Assembly: GCA_951406725.2 (NCBI GenBank) | Contig: OX597832.1 | Location: 620,001 to 684,000 of the forward strand | Length of the DNA: 64,000 nucleotides | Reading direction: 5' to 3' | From: Octopus vulgaris | Taxonomy: Eukaryota | Part shown: positions 14,072 to 26,099 of the stretch, in pieces | Numbering within the stretch: the first letter of the stretch is position 1 | How the letters are laid out: each line of letters opens with the position of its first letter | The notes under the pieces: generated by a model | Seen by the model: the letters and a program-made list of their open reading frames with translations, nothing else | Databases searched by the model: none | What the model was told of the DNA's origin: nothing | Made by a program: the position numbers and the translations under genes

Positions 14072-14604
14072 TTAATACTAAATACACTTAAATACTAACT
14101 CATCAGATGGTATCTGTGAATATTGATTAATTGGTATATAATGGTATTAATAAAGGAGTATTGGGGTAAAGGGACATGCTAATTATATAATAATAAAATT
14201 ATAATCTAAGCAGTTTTTTTATAAGTAGTGAATATACCAGTATAGTTTTATATAAACTAAGTATGAATTTATAGTGATACAAAAATTAGATTAATTTTAT
14301 AAATAAATAAAGGCTAATTATAAAATAAAAAAGTAATCAAGTAGGGCAGAACACCATAGAAAGGGAAATAAAATACCTTAATTACTAATACTATGGTAAA
14401 GTATATGTAGCTTATTAACACCAGTAGAGAAGATTTTAGAAAAAGTATAATTCAAAATATATTAGACTAAAAATTATATATTTACTTATTTAGCTAATAT
14501 CAATAAAAGACGGAAGTCGATAGGTGATTGGGATAATCCCCAATTTTTACCTTTGAATAGTGAGGCATTTTCCCCTCCGTATTTTAAGAGGTCTTGGACC
14601 AACA

Positions 14605-14679
14605 GGTTTTTGGGATCTGACGATGCGCCATAAAGCTAAACTCGTTATGGACGGGAAACCTAAGGTAATCCCATAAACC
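14605..14679 (+). ncRNA. Type-I hammerhead ribozyme, canonical core
   Basis: Stem I GGTTT.TGGGAT / ATCCCA.AAACC; CTGACGA 14617-14623; stem II CG.CCATAA...TTATGG.CG; GAAA 14655; stem III CCTAAGG; GUA cleavage triplet ending 14667. Confidence 0.85.
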
Positions 14680-14695
14680 GACCGACATTATTTTC

Positions 14696-14731
<36 letters not shown>

Positions 14732-14796
14732 AAAAACGGTAAGATAACAAAAGAAAGAAAGCGACCTCAATATTATGTAAAGAGAGGAAATTTATC

Positions 14797-14990
14797 TGTA
14801 AATTGATATGTGACGATTATTCAATAGCCAAGACAAAACTCTGAGTTTCGGATGCCGAAGTGGAAATCCACAACACCATCTCTTCGGTTATATAGCTAGA
14901 TAAGCGAAGAGATGGTGTTGTGGATTTCAACTTCGGCATCCGAAACTCAGAGTTTTATCTTGGCTATTGAATAATTGTCACGTATTAATT

Positions 14991-14994
<4 letters not shown>
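14797..14994. repeat. ~200-bp fold-back palindrome of a pLTR with an HHR-like motif in each arm (14832-14891 minus; 14899-14959 plus)
   Basis: Arms are reverse-complementary about TAGCTA (~14895). Motif ATAA-(C/G)CGAAGA-GATG...CATCC-GAAA-CTCAGAG-TT-TT(A/G)TC. Confidence 0.8.
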
Positions 14995-15056
<62 letters not shown>

Positions 15057-15060
<4 letters not shown>

Positions 15061-15825
15061 AAATATTGAATTTCTAAATCTCTCCTAGAGACATGTACGG
15101 TGGTGGGGCGATAGAATGGTTGTATACTGTCAATCTAACAAGAACGTGACAGTAGGAGGTACACCACCGCTGTATAGCCCTAGGAAGCATCGAACGCCTC
15201 CTGATAGCTTTGACACATTTTTCCCCCTGTGTCCTTATATAGATATACGAAGGGGAGATGAAGGACAACGATCCTGAAACACGGTGTCCCTAGATGCAGT
15301 TCCGGCGGCCGGGGGTGTTTGTCTCCCCTTCGTATATCTATATAAGGACACAGGGAAAAAATGTGTCAAAGCTATCAGGAGGCGTTCGATGCTTCCCAGG
15401 GCTATACAGCGGTGGTGTACCCCCTACTGTCACGTTCTTGTTAGATTGACAGTATACAACCATTCTATCGCCCCACCACCGTACATGTCTCTACGAGAGA
15501 TTTAGAAATTCAATATTTCTTATTTTGATAATCAGTGAATAAACTTCACTGAATATAGATATATAGAATTACGAAGTCGAGGCAAATATCGCCAGCTGAC
15601 CGGTGTCTGCTACTCTAGGCCGATGAAGGACAACGATCCTGAAACACGGTGTCCCTAGATGCAGTTCCGGCGGCCGGGGGTGTTTGTCTCACCTTCGTAT
15701 ATCTATATAAGGACACAGGGAAAAAATGTGTCAAAGCTATCAGGAGGCGTTCGATGCTTCCTAGGGCTATACAGCGGTGGTGTACCCCCTACTGTCACGT
15801 TCTTGTTAGATTGACAGTATACAAC

Positions 15826-15830
<5 letters not shown>
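15057..15830 (+). mobile_element. Non-autonomous PLE/retrozyme-like insertion: inverted partial copy (15057-15258) plus ~1.5 tandem copies of a 365-bp HHR unit
   Basis: 15057-15258 is the reverse complement of 15322-15522. 15257-15465 repeats at 15622-15830 (period 365). (TA)n on both sides. Confidence 0.85.
15608..15664 (+). ncRNA. Type-I hammerhead ribozyme (U4C core variant); a 5'-truncated copy lies at 15257-15299
   Basis: CTGC...TCTAGG-CCGATGA-AGGA(caacga)TCCT-GAAA-CACGGTG-TC-CCTAGA.GCAG; predicted GUC cleavage after 15653. Confidence 0.8.
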
Positions 15831-15882
<52 letters not shown>

Positions 15883-15976
15883 AAAAAAGGTTTGAAAATG
15901 CAATTTAAACGATGTTTATTTACTTAACCGGTTTCACTCTTTGGTAAAAGATTGTCAAAAGTTACATTTAAGGAAA

Positions 15977-16205
15977 CATTGAATAATATGGGTTCAAAAA
16001 AGTTTTTTACATAATTGTCACATTGAATATTATGCATTCAAAAAAGTTTTTTACATAATTGTCACATTGGATATTATGGGTTCAAAAAAAGTTTTTTACA
16101 TAATTGTCACATTGAATATTATGCATTCAAAAAAGTTTTTTACATAATTGTCACATTGGATATTATGAATTCAAAAATGTTTTTTTATACATAATTGTCA
16201 CATTA
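15977..16205. repeat. 44-45 bp minisatellite, ~5 units; garbled mirror at 19861-20041
   Basis: Unit CATTGAATATTATGCATTCAAAAAAGTTTTTTACATAATTGTCA. Confidence 0.85.
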
Positions 16206-17596
16206 TTTGGGAAAATTTGGCAGAAAAGGATAAAACAAATATATTATTGGGAATTGGTTGCGTTAATTATTGGTTGTCGCAAATTGTCACATTACATGTA
16301 TATATATACAATCTTTGGTATATATATACAGCGTTTTGACAGCAAAAATTAAAATGGATTTTTTGTCCATCTCAGAATATTTTAAGTATGTTTTTACTGA
16401 CCTGTTAGTATTAGCAGAAAGGCTGAACTGAGAGAACAGAAGTAGCCAATGTGGTGTATACTTCCCCTTTATGCATGAATGATTTTGGGGTTATCAGGAG
16501 GTTAGTATGCGGGTGTGAATAGATGTGTCCGTGCCTGCTGGTCAGACAGCGTCTGTTTGTCACACACATATATATACACACAAACACACACACACACAAC
16601 AACACACACACACACACACATAGTATACAAACACAAACCACATACAGACAACACACACACACACACAGAACACACACACCCACACACAACGCACCCACAT
16701 ATATCACATATATACACAGCACACAAATATAACATGTATCTATATATAATATACACAGATATATAACACACATACACACACACACACACAACACACGCAC
16801 ACATACATACATAATATAAATATCACACAAATACACCTAGCATATATATATACACACATACAATACACACATACAGCATGTAAGTAATATACATACACAA
16901 TATATGCATGCAATATACATACGCAATACATACATACAATATATATATATATAGACAATGCATATACATATATACACATATACATATAAATAGTGTTTAC
17001 ATACACATACATAGATGTACCACATATACACACAACACACATACATACAATGCATACACATACACGTACGCATACATATAATATATATATACACACACAC
17101 ACACATAACATACATGCACACACAATGCATACATATATATACACGCAATGCATATACATGTATTCATGCACATATACACACCTACAATATACATATATAC
17201 AGTGCACACATACACACAAATATATACACTTAATTGTACACGTACATATACAATACACATACATACAATATACATATATACAATGCGCATGCAAATAATG
17301 TACATGTTTATACACACATAAACATGCAAATAAATATACACACACACACATACACACACACACATATATATACACATATATATATATATATATATACACA
17401 CATACATACATACATACATGCACATACATATATTTTTTCACACACATACACACACACATATATATATAAAAAATTCACCACCCCCCACACACACAAATTA
17501 CAAACCTATAGCGTACACACTCAAATATATCTCTACATGCCGCACATACACACAAAGTACTAACATATACACACATACCATGCATATACACACACA

Positions 17597-17643
<47 letters not shown>

Positions 17644-17678
17644 GATACATATGTAAATACATACACACGTATACAATG

Positions 17679-17713
<35 letters not shown>

Positions 17714-18362
17714 GCACACAGTGCACACACACACACACATATATACACACGTGCACACACACAAACACATACAACGCGCGCACACACACATATACACACA
17801 CACGCACACAGTGCACACACACACACACACACACATATATCACCTACATATATATAATGCATGCGTGTGCATGCCACGTATGTGTGCGGTCAATGCCCGC
17901 TAGTGTGTCCTATGCGTGCCGATGCGCGCATGTGCCCGCCCGCACGATATGCTGTGAGCGTGCGCGCGTCCCTGTGTGCTTGCTCTGGATGTGCTTCCAG
18001 GGGTATGTTAGAGTATGTTTAGTTGTGGTCTGTATTTTTGAATACAGACCACAACTAAACATACTCTAACATACCCCCTGGAAGCACATCCAGAGCAAGC
18101 ACACAGGGACGCGCGCACGCTCACAGCATATCGTGCGGGCGGGCACATGCGCGCATCGGCACGCATAGGACACACTAGCGGGCATTGACCGCACACATAC
18201 GTGGCATGCACACGCATGCATTATATATATGTAGGTGATATATGTGTGTGTGTGTGTGTGTGCACTGTGTGCGTGTGTGTGTATATGTGTGTGTGCGCGC
18301 GTTGTATGTGTTTGTGTGTGTGCACGTGTGTATATATGTGTGTGTGTGTGTGCACTGTGTGC

Positions 18363-18397
<35 letters not shown>

Positions 18398-18428
18398 CAT
18401 TGTATACGTGTGTATGTATTTACATATG

Positions 18429-18478
<50 letters not shown>

Positions 18479-20055
18479 TGTGTGTGTATATGCATGGTAT
18501 GTGTGTATATGTTAGTACTTTGTTTGTGTGTATGTGCGGCATGTAGAGATATATTTGAGTGTGTACGCTATAGGTTTGTAATTTGTGTGTGTGGGGGTGG
18601 TGAATTTTTTATATATATATGTGTGTGTGTATGTGTGTGAAAAAATATATGTATGTGCATGTATGTATGTATGTATGTGTGTATATATATATATATGTGT
18701 ATATATATGTGTGTGTGTGTATGTGTGTGTGTGTATATTTATTTGCATGTTTATGTGTGTATAAACATGTACATTATTTGCATGCGCATTGTATATATGT
18801 ATATTGTATGTATGTGTATTGTATATGTACGTGTACAATTAAGTGTATATATTTGTGTGTATGTGTGCACTGTATATATGTATATTGTAGGTGTGCTATA
18901 TGTGCATGAATACATGTATATGCATTGCGTGTATATATATGTATGCATTGTGTGTGCATGTATGTTATGTGTGTGTGTGTGTATATATATATTATATGTA
19001 TGCGTACGTGTATGTGTATGCATTGTATGTATGTGTGTTGTGTGTATATGTGGTACATCTATGTATGTGTATGTAAACACTATTTATATGTATATGTGTA
19101 TATATGTATATGCATTGTCTATATATATATATTGTATGTATGTATTGCGTATGTATATTGCATGCATATATTGTGTATGTATATTACTTACATGCTGTAT
19201 GTGTGTATTGTATGTGTGTATATATATATGCTAGGTGTATTTGTGTGATATTTATATTATGTATGTATGTGTGCGTGTGTTGTGTGTGTGTGTGTATGTG
19301 TGTTATATATCTGTGTATATTATATATAGATACATGTTATATTTGTGTGCTGTGTATATATGTGATATATGTGGGTGCGTTGTGTGTGGGTGTGTGTGTT
19401 CTGTGTGTGTGTGTGTGTTGTCTGTATGTGGTTTGTGTTTGTATACTATGTGTGTGTGTGTGTGTGTTGTTGTGTGTGTGTGTTTGTGTGTATATATATG
19501 TGTGTGACAAACAGACGCTGTCTGACCAGCAGGCACGGACACATCTATTCACACCCGCATACTAACCTCCTGATAACCCCAAAATCATTCATGCATAAAG
19601 GGGAAGTATACACCACATTGGCTACTTCTGTTCTCTCAGTTCAGCCTTTCTGCTAATACTAACAGGTCAGTAAAAACATACTTAAAATATTCTGAGATGG
19701 ACAAAAAATCCATTTTAATTTTTGCTGTCAAAACGCTGTATATATATACCAAAGATTGTATATATATACATGTAATGTGACAATTTGCGACAACCAATAA
19801 TTAACGCAACCAATTCCCAATAATATATTTGTTTTATCCTTTTCTGCCAAATTTTCCCAAATAATGTGACAATTATGTATAAAAAAACATTTTTGAATTT
19901 AATATCCAATGTAATTATGTAAAAAACTTTTGAATGTGACAATTATGTAAAAAACTTGAACATTTTGAATGTAAAACTTTTGTCATAATATTCAATGTGA
20001 CAATTATGTAAAAAACTTTTTTGAACCCATATTATTCAATGTTTCCTTAAATGTA

Positions 20056-20096
20056 ACTTTTGACAATCTTTTACCAAAGAGTGAAACCGGTTAAGT
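20056..20096 (+). ncRNA. Minimal hammerhead, U3-A8 core; mirror copy at 15922-15962 (minus)
   Basis: ACTT-TTGACAA-TCTTT(tacc)AAAGAGT-GAAA-CCGG-TT-AAGT. Confidence 0.65.
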
Positions 20097-20196
20097 AAAT
20101 AAACATCGTTTAAATTGCATTTTCAAACCTTTTTCTTATATAATCCCACTCGTGCGATACCCCACAACTCAACTTTTTTATATATATATATATATA

Positions 20197-20239
<43 letters not shown>

Positions 20240-20243
<4 letters not shown>

Positions 20244-20545
20244 TAATGCAATACAAAGTATCGCCTTCCAGTAAAAAGTAGCCCGTTAGGGAAAAATACA
20301 CAAATTAGTAAATAAATGGCACAACTAAGTACCGATATTTACTGGAAATAGCGAACGTAAAAATACGACGCTAATGTGTAGCTTCACCGCGTATGTATTA
20401 GCAAAAATGCGTGTGTGCAACAAACTAGAGCAAAAAAAACGTCTTACCTCCAGGGAGAACATCTGAAAGATGAAACACCCGGAAAAGGATAATGTCCAGT
20501 AAATATCGGTACTTAGTTGTGCCATTTATTTACTAATTTGTATAT
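20240..20545. repeat. pLTR-like module with a ~46-bp inverted repeat (20300-20345 / 20495-20541) and a decayed HHR (20459-20495)
   Basis: ACAAATTAGTAAATAAATGGCACAACTAAGTACCGATATTTACTGG and its reverse complement; ACAT-CTGAAAGA...GAAA...TA-ATGT; flanked by (TA)n. Confidence 0.6.
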
Positions 20546-20671
20546 ATATATATATATATATATATTAGAAGAAATGAGGTACTCAGAAATTCGGATGGTT
20601 TTATATTTACAGATATTTATTTGTTTATTACATGTTTTTATACATCATATAACTTATATCATATATCATAT

Positions 20672-20747
20672 ATTAGCGCTTTCGTCCATTCTGGTGGATT
20701 TTTCAGTTCCATTTGAAAAATCCACCAGAATGGACGAAAGCGCTAAT
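20672..20747. ncRNA. Fold-back pair of minimal HHR motifs (U3-A8 family with GCGC stem III)
   Basis: TTGAAAA-ATCCA(ccagaa)TGGAC-GAAA-GCGC-TA in the plus arm; 34-bp perfect inverted arms 20672-20705 / 20714-20747. Confidence 0.65.
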
Positions 20748-21566
20748 CTATATATATAAAACTCAACTTGTGTGTCTGTGTGAGTGTCTGTGTGCTTAAC
20801 TTCCCAGCACATCTCCTCCTAGCCAACAAATCGTAGAACCACAAAAAATGGGTCACTTAAAGTTTAGGCGAATGAAAATTGAACTGCGCTATTTCTGTTC
20901 CGAAATTCATCTCGCAAGTGCAAAAATCGATAATGTGCTTGTTTAGGCCTTATCCCATGCATTGAATAGTGAACTTTACTCAGTCAGCTGTTTGACGTGA
21001 ACTGTGTTCACCACGCGTGCAAGCATGCGTGAATTGCATGAAAAATAAAAAATCAAGATATAAAAACGAATCGCCGTAAACATTGTAGAAATTCGGCAAA
21101 TAAATGAATTTTCGGGATGTAGCCTGGAGGGTTTTTTGTATTAATCGTTTGGACTTTGTGAACACATACCAATTGTTTTCATAACATTTTTAACGCTTTG
21201 AATTAAATGTGACCATTTTGAATCACTGCAGTTTGAATCACTTTAACCAAATTTTAGCAGGCCGGATTTTTGATCATCACGATACATCGCCAGCGACTCC
21301 CTGAAACTCTCCCCTGAAATACCCGTTGAGAAATACTGATCGAAAAGAATGATTCAACAATGCAATTATTTGATCAGCAAAAGTTTATGAAACGCTTCTA
21401 CGTACTTCCTATTGAGGAAATGGATCACATAAGTGCAAAAATAAAGGGCATTAAATGCTTGATTTTAAAACCAAAATAATTGAATTTTGATTGGACTTCG
21501 TCCAAGTTTAACTTAATTCGCGCGTCCATAGAACGCACGAGTGCACGAGCCGGGCAATACTGCTAG
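20747..21566 (+). mobile_element. Non-autonomous Helitron
   Basis: A|TC 5' end (TCTATATATATAAAA...TGTGTGTCTGTG), subterminal hairpin GCACGAGTGC/GCCGGGC, 3' CTAG|T, no TSD. Confidence 0.8.
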
Positions 21567-21584
21567 TATATATATATATATATA

Positions 21585-22403
21585 TAATTAAATAAGGGTA
21601 TAAATCGATATTAATCAATTAAAACTAGTTGCCTAGCATATTTTAAAGAATTCGAAGATTAAAAATTTTATGCATACAAAATTTAGAGGAATGACCACTA
21701 ATAGTGGACAGCCTGTATGCCAGAAATAGATGTCAAACTCGCCATTTACCACGAAGAATTTATTCCAAAGAAAATATTCAGCAAAAACACAAAGAGTAAA
21801 AATAAGCAAGACAAATGAAAATATACGAAATAAAAAAAACGATTACCTATGTACTAATTAGTTTCACTTGTTAATATTCACGTATATGGATACGTGAACA
21901 TCTGCAAGATCGTCAGCATAGTCTGTCGTTTACGAAATACAATTTCTAGAACTAGACACAGGGCGCTCGATGAAATCCAGCATGTATAAAGCTCCACAAA
22001 TTATATTTATGTGTATCTTTCAAATACCTTCACTTTGGCGCGCTGAGATCGGAAATTACACTGCAGTTAATAAACTACAGCAGTTAATTTACCGGCTAGA
22101 GAACATTTTTTATTTAAAATAAAATAAGGGTAGAAATCTAGTTCTAGAAATTATATTTCGTAAACGACAGACTATGCTGACGATCTTGCAGATGTTCACG
22201 TATACATATACGTGAATGTTAACAAGTGAAACTAATTAGTACGTAGGTAATCGTTTTTTTTATTTCGTATATTCATTTGTCTTGCTTATTTTTACACTGG
22301 TTTTTTGCTGAATTTTTTCTTGAGAACACATTCTTCGTAAATGACGAGTTTGATGTCTATTTCTAGCATACGGGCTGTCCACTATTAGTGGTCATTCCTC
22401 TAA

Positions 22404-22405
<2 letters not shown>
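21585..22405. mobile_element. Inverted pLTR pair (21681-21956 / 22137-22405), each with an HHR (21847-21921 minus; 22172-22246 plus)
   Basis: CTATG-CTGACGA-TCTTG...[TTCACGTAT/ATACGTGAA hairpin]...CAAGT-GAAA-CTAATTAG-TA-C(A/G)TAG; between (TA)n runs. Confidence 0.85.
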
Positions 22406-22483
<78 letters not shown>

Positions 22484-22582
22484 ATTAATATATATATTAA
22501 TTAAAAACCAAGAGAAGAGCGGAGATTTATTCACATCCAAAACTTTTTTTATTAAAAGGTTTTCTACAGCACATATAACAAT

Positions 22583-22667
22583 GACCAACACATGTTTCTA
22601 CTGCAACAACCACACATTGCTCTGTATGCAATTACGCATCCTAGCCGCTGCAGTTTCATCAAGGGTC
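22583..22667 (-). ncRNA. Degenerate hammerhead in a pLTR; a related 3' half-motif lies at ~162-200 (plus)
   Basis: GACC-CTTGATGA-AACTGCA...TGCAGTA-GAAA-CATGTG-TT-GGTC; related TGCAGTA-GAAA-CACGTG-TA-GGTC at ~177-200. Confidence 0.55.
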
Positions 22668-22842
22668 CATCACTTATGACGTTTTCAAAGTGAACTAATT
22701 CAAACAAGTTTCCAGCCTTGGTATTCAGTTGAAGACAGCAGCGTCCCTTTTAAAATCGAATTGAATTCTGGTCTTAGAATCACCTCTACTGGTATTATAG
22801 TTGAATTGTGTTTTTAAAATGGCCTTACGTATATATATGTAT

Positions 22843-23227
22843 AGGCATAGGAGTTGGTGTGTGGCAAGAAGCTTACTTCCCACACGCCGGGCGAAATGCT
22901 TTGCGGTATTTCGTCTGGCGCTACGTTCTGAGTTCAAATTCTGCCGAGGTCGACTTTGCCTTTCATCCTTTCGAGGTCGATTAAATAAGTACCAGTTACG
23001 CACTGGTGTCGTTGTAATTGATTTAATCCCTTTGTCAGTCCTTGTTTGTCCCCTCTATGTTTAACCCCTTGTGGGCAATAAAGAAATAAGAAGCTTACTT
23101 CCCAACCACATGGTTCCGGGTTCAGTCCTACTGCGTAGTATCTTGAGCAAGTGCCTTCTACTATGGCCACGGGCCGACCAAAGCTTTATGGGTGGATTTG
23201 GTAGACGGAAACTGAAAGAAGCCCGTA

Positions 23228-23260
<33 letters not shown>

Positions 23261-23392
23261 TATATGTATATATATGTATGTATATTTTGGTGTGTTTATG
23301 GCTCTGTAATCTAGTGGTTCGACTAAAGGTGGTGATCCAGTATGGCCGCAGTCTAATGACTGAAACAAATTAAAGAATAAAAGAAAAGTAAA
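22843..23392 (+). mobile_element. SINE family A interrupted by a 5'-truncated second SINE (22883-23087, Nin-domain-like) with a 17-bp TSD
   Basis: AAGAAGCTTACTTCCCA at 22866-22882 and 23088-23104. The insert has B-box GAGTTCAAATTC and GCCTTTCATCCTTTCGAGGTCGATTAAATAAGTACC. Confidence 0.85.
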
Positions 23393-23530
23393 AGAATATA
23401 TATATTTACTTATTATATATATATTCATACATATATGTGTGTGTGGCGTGTGTTCATATGTGTCTATGTATTTCTAACAATGCCTGTATGTATATATATA
23501 TGTATGTATATATATATCTATATCTATATA

Positions 23531-23565
<35 letters not shown>

Positions 23566-23568
23566 ATA

Positions 23569-23620
<52 letters not shown>

Positions 23621-23856
23621 AATATCAAAATATCGAACAGTTATCACTTGAATGTACTATTAAAACAGCATGGGTGTGGCTTTCAGTTCTGCCTATTGCA
23701 ACAGGTGTTTACCGAGTTACCACCCATGCTGACACACGCCTTCATTCCAACATGGATTTTTTCATTTAGTGTTTTTACATAGATGCATGCGTGAGTGTGA
23801 GCGAGTGTGTGTGCTGTATGTGTGTGTTGTGTGTGTATTGTGTGAGTGTTTGTGTG

Positions 23857-23936
<80 letters not shown>

Positions 23937-24639
23937 AGGCACAAAAAGAAAATGACTCTCCCCAGACACAACAGTATACACACACACACACACACACATA
24001 TATATGTCTACGCTGTCACATTAAAAAGATTTTTTTCGTGTTATTCTTGAAAGGTGAAAATTGGTTTCTTAGAAATAAAGAAAATCTCAACACTACATGT
24101 TGTTTTAGCAACAACATCATATCGCGGTGAGAGTTAGAGTTAGCACTTCGATGAAATTTTTGGATAACTATTGATTTTATGAGTTATATTCTCTAAAGAA
24201 GAATGTCGTAAGATATTTCGTAGCTGTCTCCTGCTCTTGAATTGCAAAAGCGTAGCCTTCAGGATGTGATGTGATGTGACGGTTACAAGTCTATTAATAT
24301 TGTCAGCTTTTTTAAAGTTAGCGGGAAACATATCCATGCATAGCTTTTATGTGGTACTTATAGTATTTATCTTCCAGGTTTTCCTGAAATATATTAGCAC
24401 CGCACTTCTGTGTTCGTATGGGAGTTCATCAGGAAGTGAGTATTTCTTGAGGATTTCACTTTTAATTTACAGGATTTTTTTAACACTTGGTTGGTATGTT
24501 AATCTTGCTGTCATTATTTAACCGGTGCTCCTTGTTCCTTCTTTCTTTTTCTATGTCATTGCTTTTAGGTAAATTTTAAGTTGTCTGGACATTACAGGAT
24601 TAAATGTCTATGAAACGGATTTCTATTATAGACCTGTCG

Positions 24640-25110
24640 AATATTGTAAATGTTGGTATCAGTACATGTAGTGCAAATGCATAGTAGGATATTGTATTGC
24701 TGTAGAATGAAAGATCTGAATGCCATAACAGATATCCAGACAGTTGTGCTTATGATCCTCGGTAAGCTTTCTTGACACCCATCTCCCACAGACTTTACGG
24801 AAGTGAAGCTTGTTGTCGAATGCAAAATCATGACTAATATGCAGAGAATATACCACTTCATTGATGGTCATTCGTCGGTTCACCAGAACACCTCTCCAGT
24901 TTGTTGAATCTTCACGTCAGGGATAGACGTTGATGCTTCACGCTTGTCTGGCCATTCATACACACTCCTACACACTACAGCGCTGACCGTATGGTACTTA
25001 AAGCCTGCGATGAATTTCAGCCCCTGACACACCTTCGGACCAGAGAAATCGGATCACTGATCTCTGCTCGCGCACTGCAACGGAGTGGCCGTGTTTACTC
25101 TGTAACACAA
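24640..25110 (-). mobile_element. Mariner transposase N-terminal fragment
   Basis: NRRMTINEV...LHISH...KLHFRKVCGRWVSRKLTEDHK (WVPxxL motif). Confidence 0.75.
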
Positions 25111-25737
25111 GAAAGGAATCTAGAACGATCAAGTTCAGAGTACGGTTACGGATTTACAGGGGATCAAAAAAGGGTAATTTCCCCGGGTTTCCCCCAAATA
25201 TCGGGGTCTCCTGCCACGGATAGTAGATCCTCAATGCCGAGAGCCCCTTTCGCCTTCCCAGCAAGCTTGCATGAAGAAGGCCTTCCCTATCCTATCTACT
25301 TCTTTAAAAATCTATTTAAAGAAATCTTTAAATGTACATTTTCTCCACTTTATCGACATTACACAGTTTCTCCCAAGCGATTTTCTCTCAGTGATTTTCA
25401 GTGTAAACAAAAAGAACGGAATAACAAAATGCCGAAATTATATACAAATACGAAATGCCGACACAAGGGCAAAACCATGAAATAAATAAAGCTTAAATGA
25501 TGAGATAAAGTTCATTACATGCAATATTGACTATAGCAATAAGGTACACATATAGTTCTGCAGTTCTTTGTTTTTTTTAGTTGTAACATTGTTTTTGTTA
25601 ACAAAAAGTAGGTATGACTATAAACTGGCCAATAAACTTTTCTGCTATTTTTGTCCTCTCGTGTGTGTGAGGTGTAACAGCATATACTTTAAGCTGGCAA
25701 TGAAAACGTTCAATCATTCCTAACGGATTGGGTTATA

Positions 25738-26032
25738 AGTAAAGTAAGTAAAGTAAAGTTGGGTGATATTAAAGTAAGTAAAGTAAAGTAAAGTTATGAG
25801 TCATGCCGACTCATAAGGGCCGATTTTCCAGTTTCCTGATGTATAAATTCCCCACCTGGACGGGACGCAGGTCCGTCGCAAGATTACTCAGTTTTGCCAG
25901 CTGAGTGGACTGGAGCAACGTGAAATGAAATGTTTTGTTCAAGAACACAAAGCGTTGCCCGGTCCAGGAATCGAAACTTCAATTTTACGATGATGAGTCC
26001 CACACCCAAACCCCTAAGCCATGCGCATCCAC
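25738..26032 (-). mobile_element. tRNA-derived SINE (third family) with (TTTAC)n tail
   Basis: Minus strand head GGATGCGCATGGCTTAG...GTTTCGATTCCTGGACCGGGC; tail seen as (AAAGT)n on the plus strand. Confidence 0.75.
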
Positions 26033-26099
26033 TGACTGGAGGAAAAGCGGTAGTACGAATTCTTCGTGTACCTACTTGATTCTAATTGACAATGTTTGT

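Larger units (their letters stand above)
15878..20142. repeat. ~4.3-kb near-perfect palindrome (arms 15878-18036 and 18041-20142, 4-nt loop) of a PLE-like 3' tail
   Basis: Centre GTTGTGGTCTGTATT-TTTG-AATACAGACCACAAC; mirrored ORFs in the track (16411-16836 minus vs 19369-19656 plus); HHR motif near both outer ends. Confidence 0.95.

Noticed and set aside
15977-16205. CRISPR-like periodicity
   Set aside because: Units are contiguous with no unique spacers, so this is a eukaryotic minisatellite; no cas genes.
24991-25485. 164-aa ORF as a host exon; likewise the short ORFs at 27500-28000, 48300-49050 and 50613-50909
   Set aside because: No recognisable domain or convincing splice context, and some overlap TE debris. 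Small host exons cannot be excluded without RNA data.
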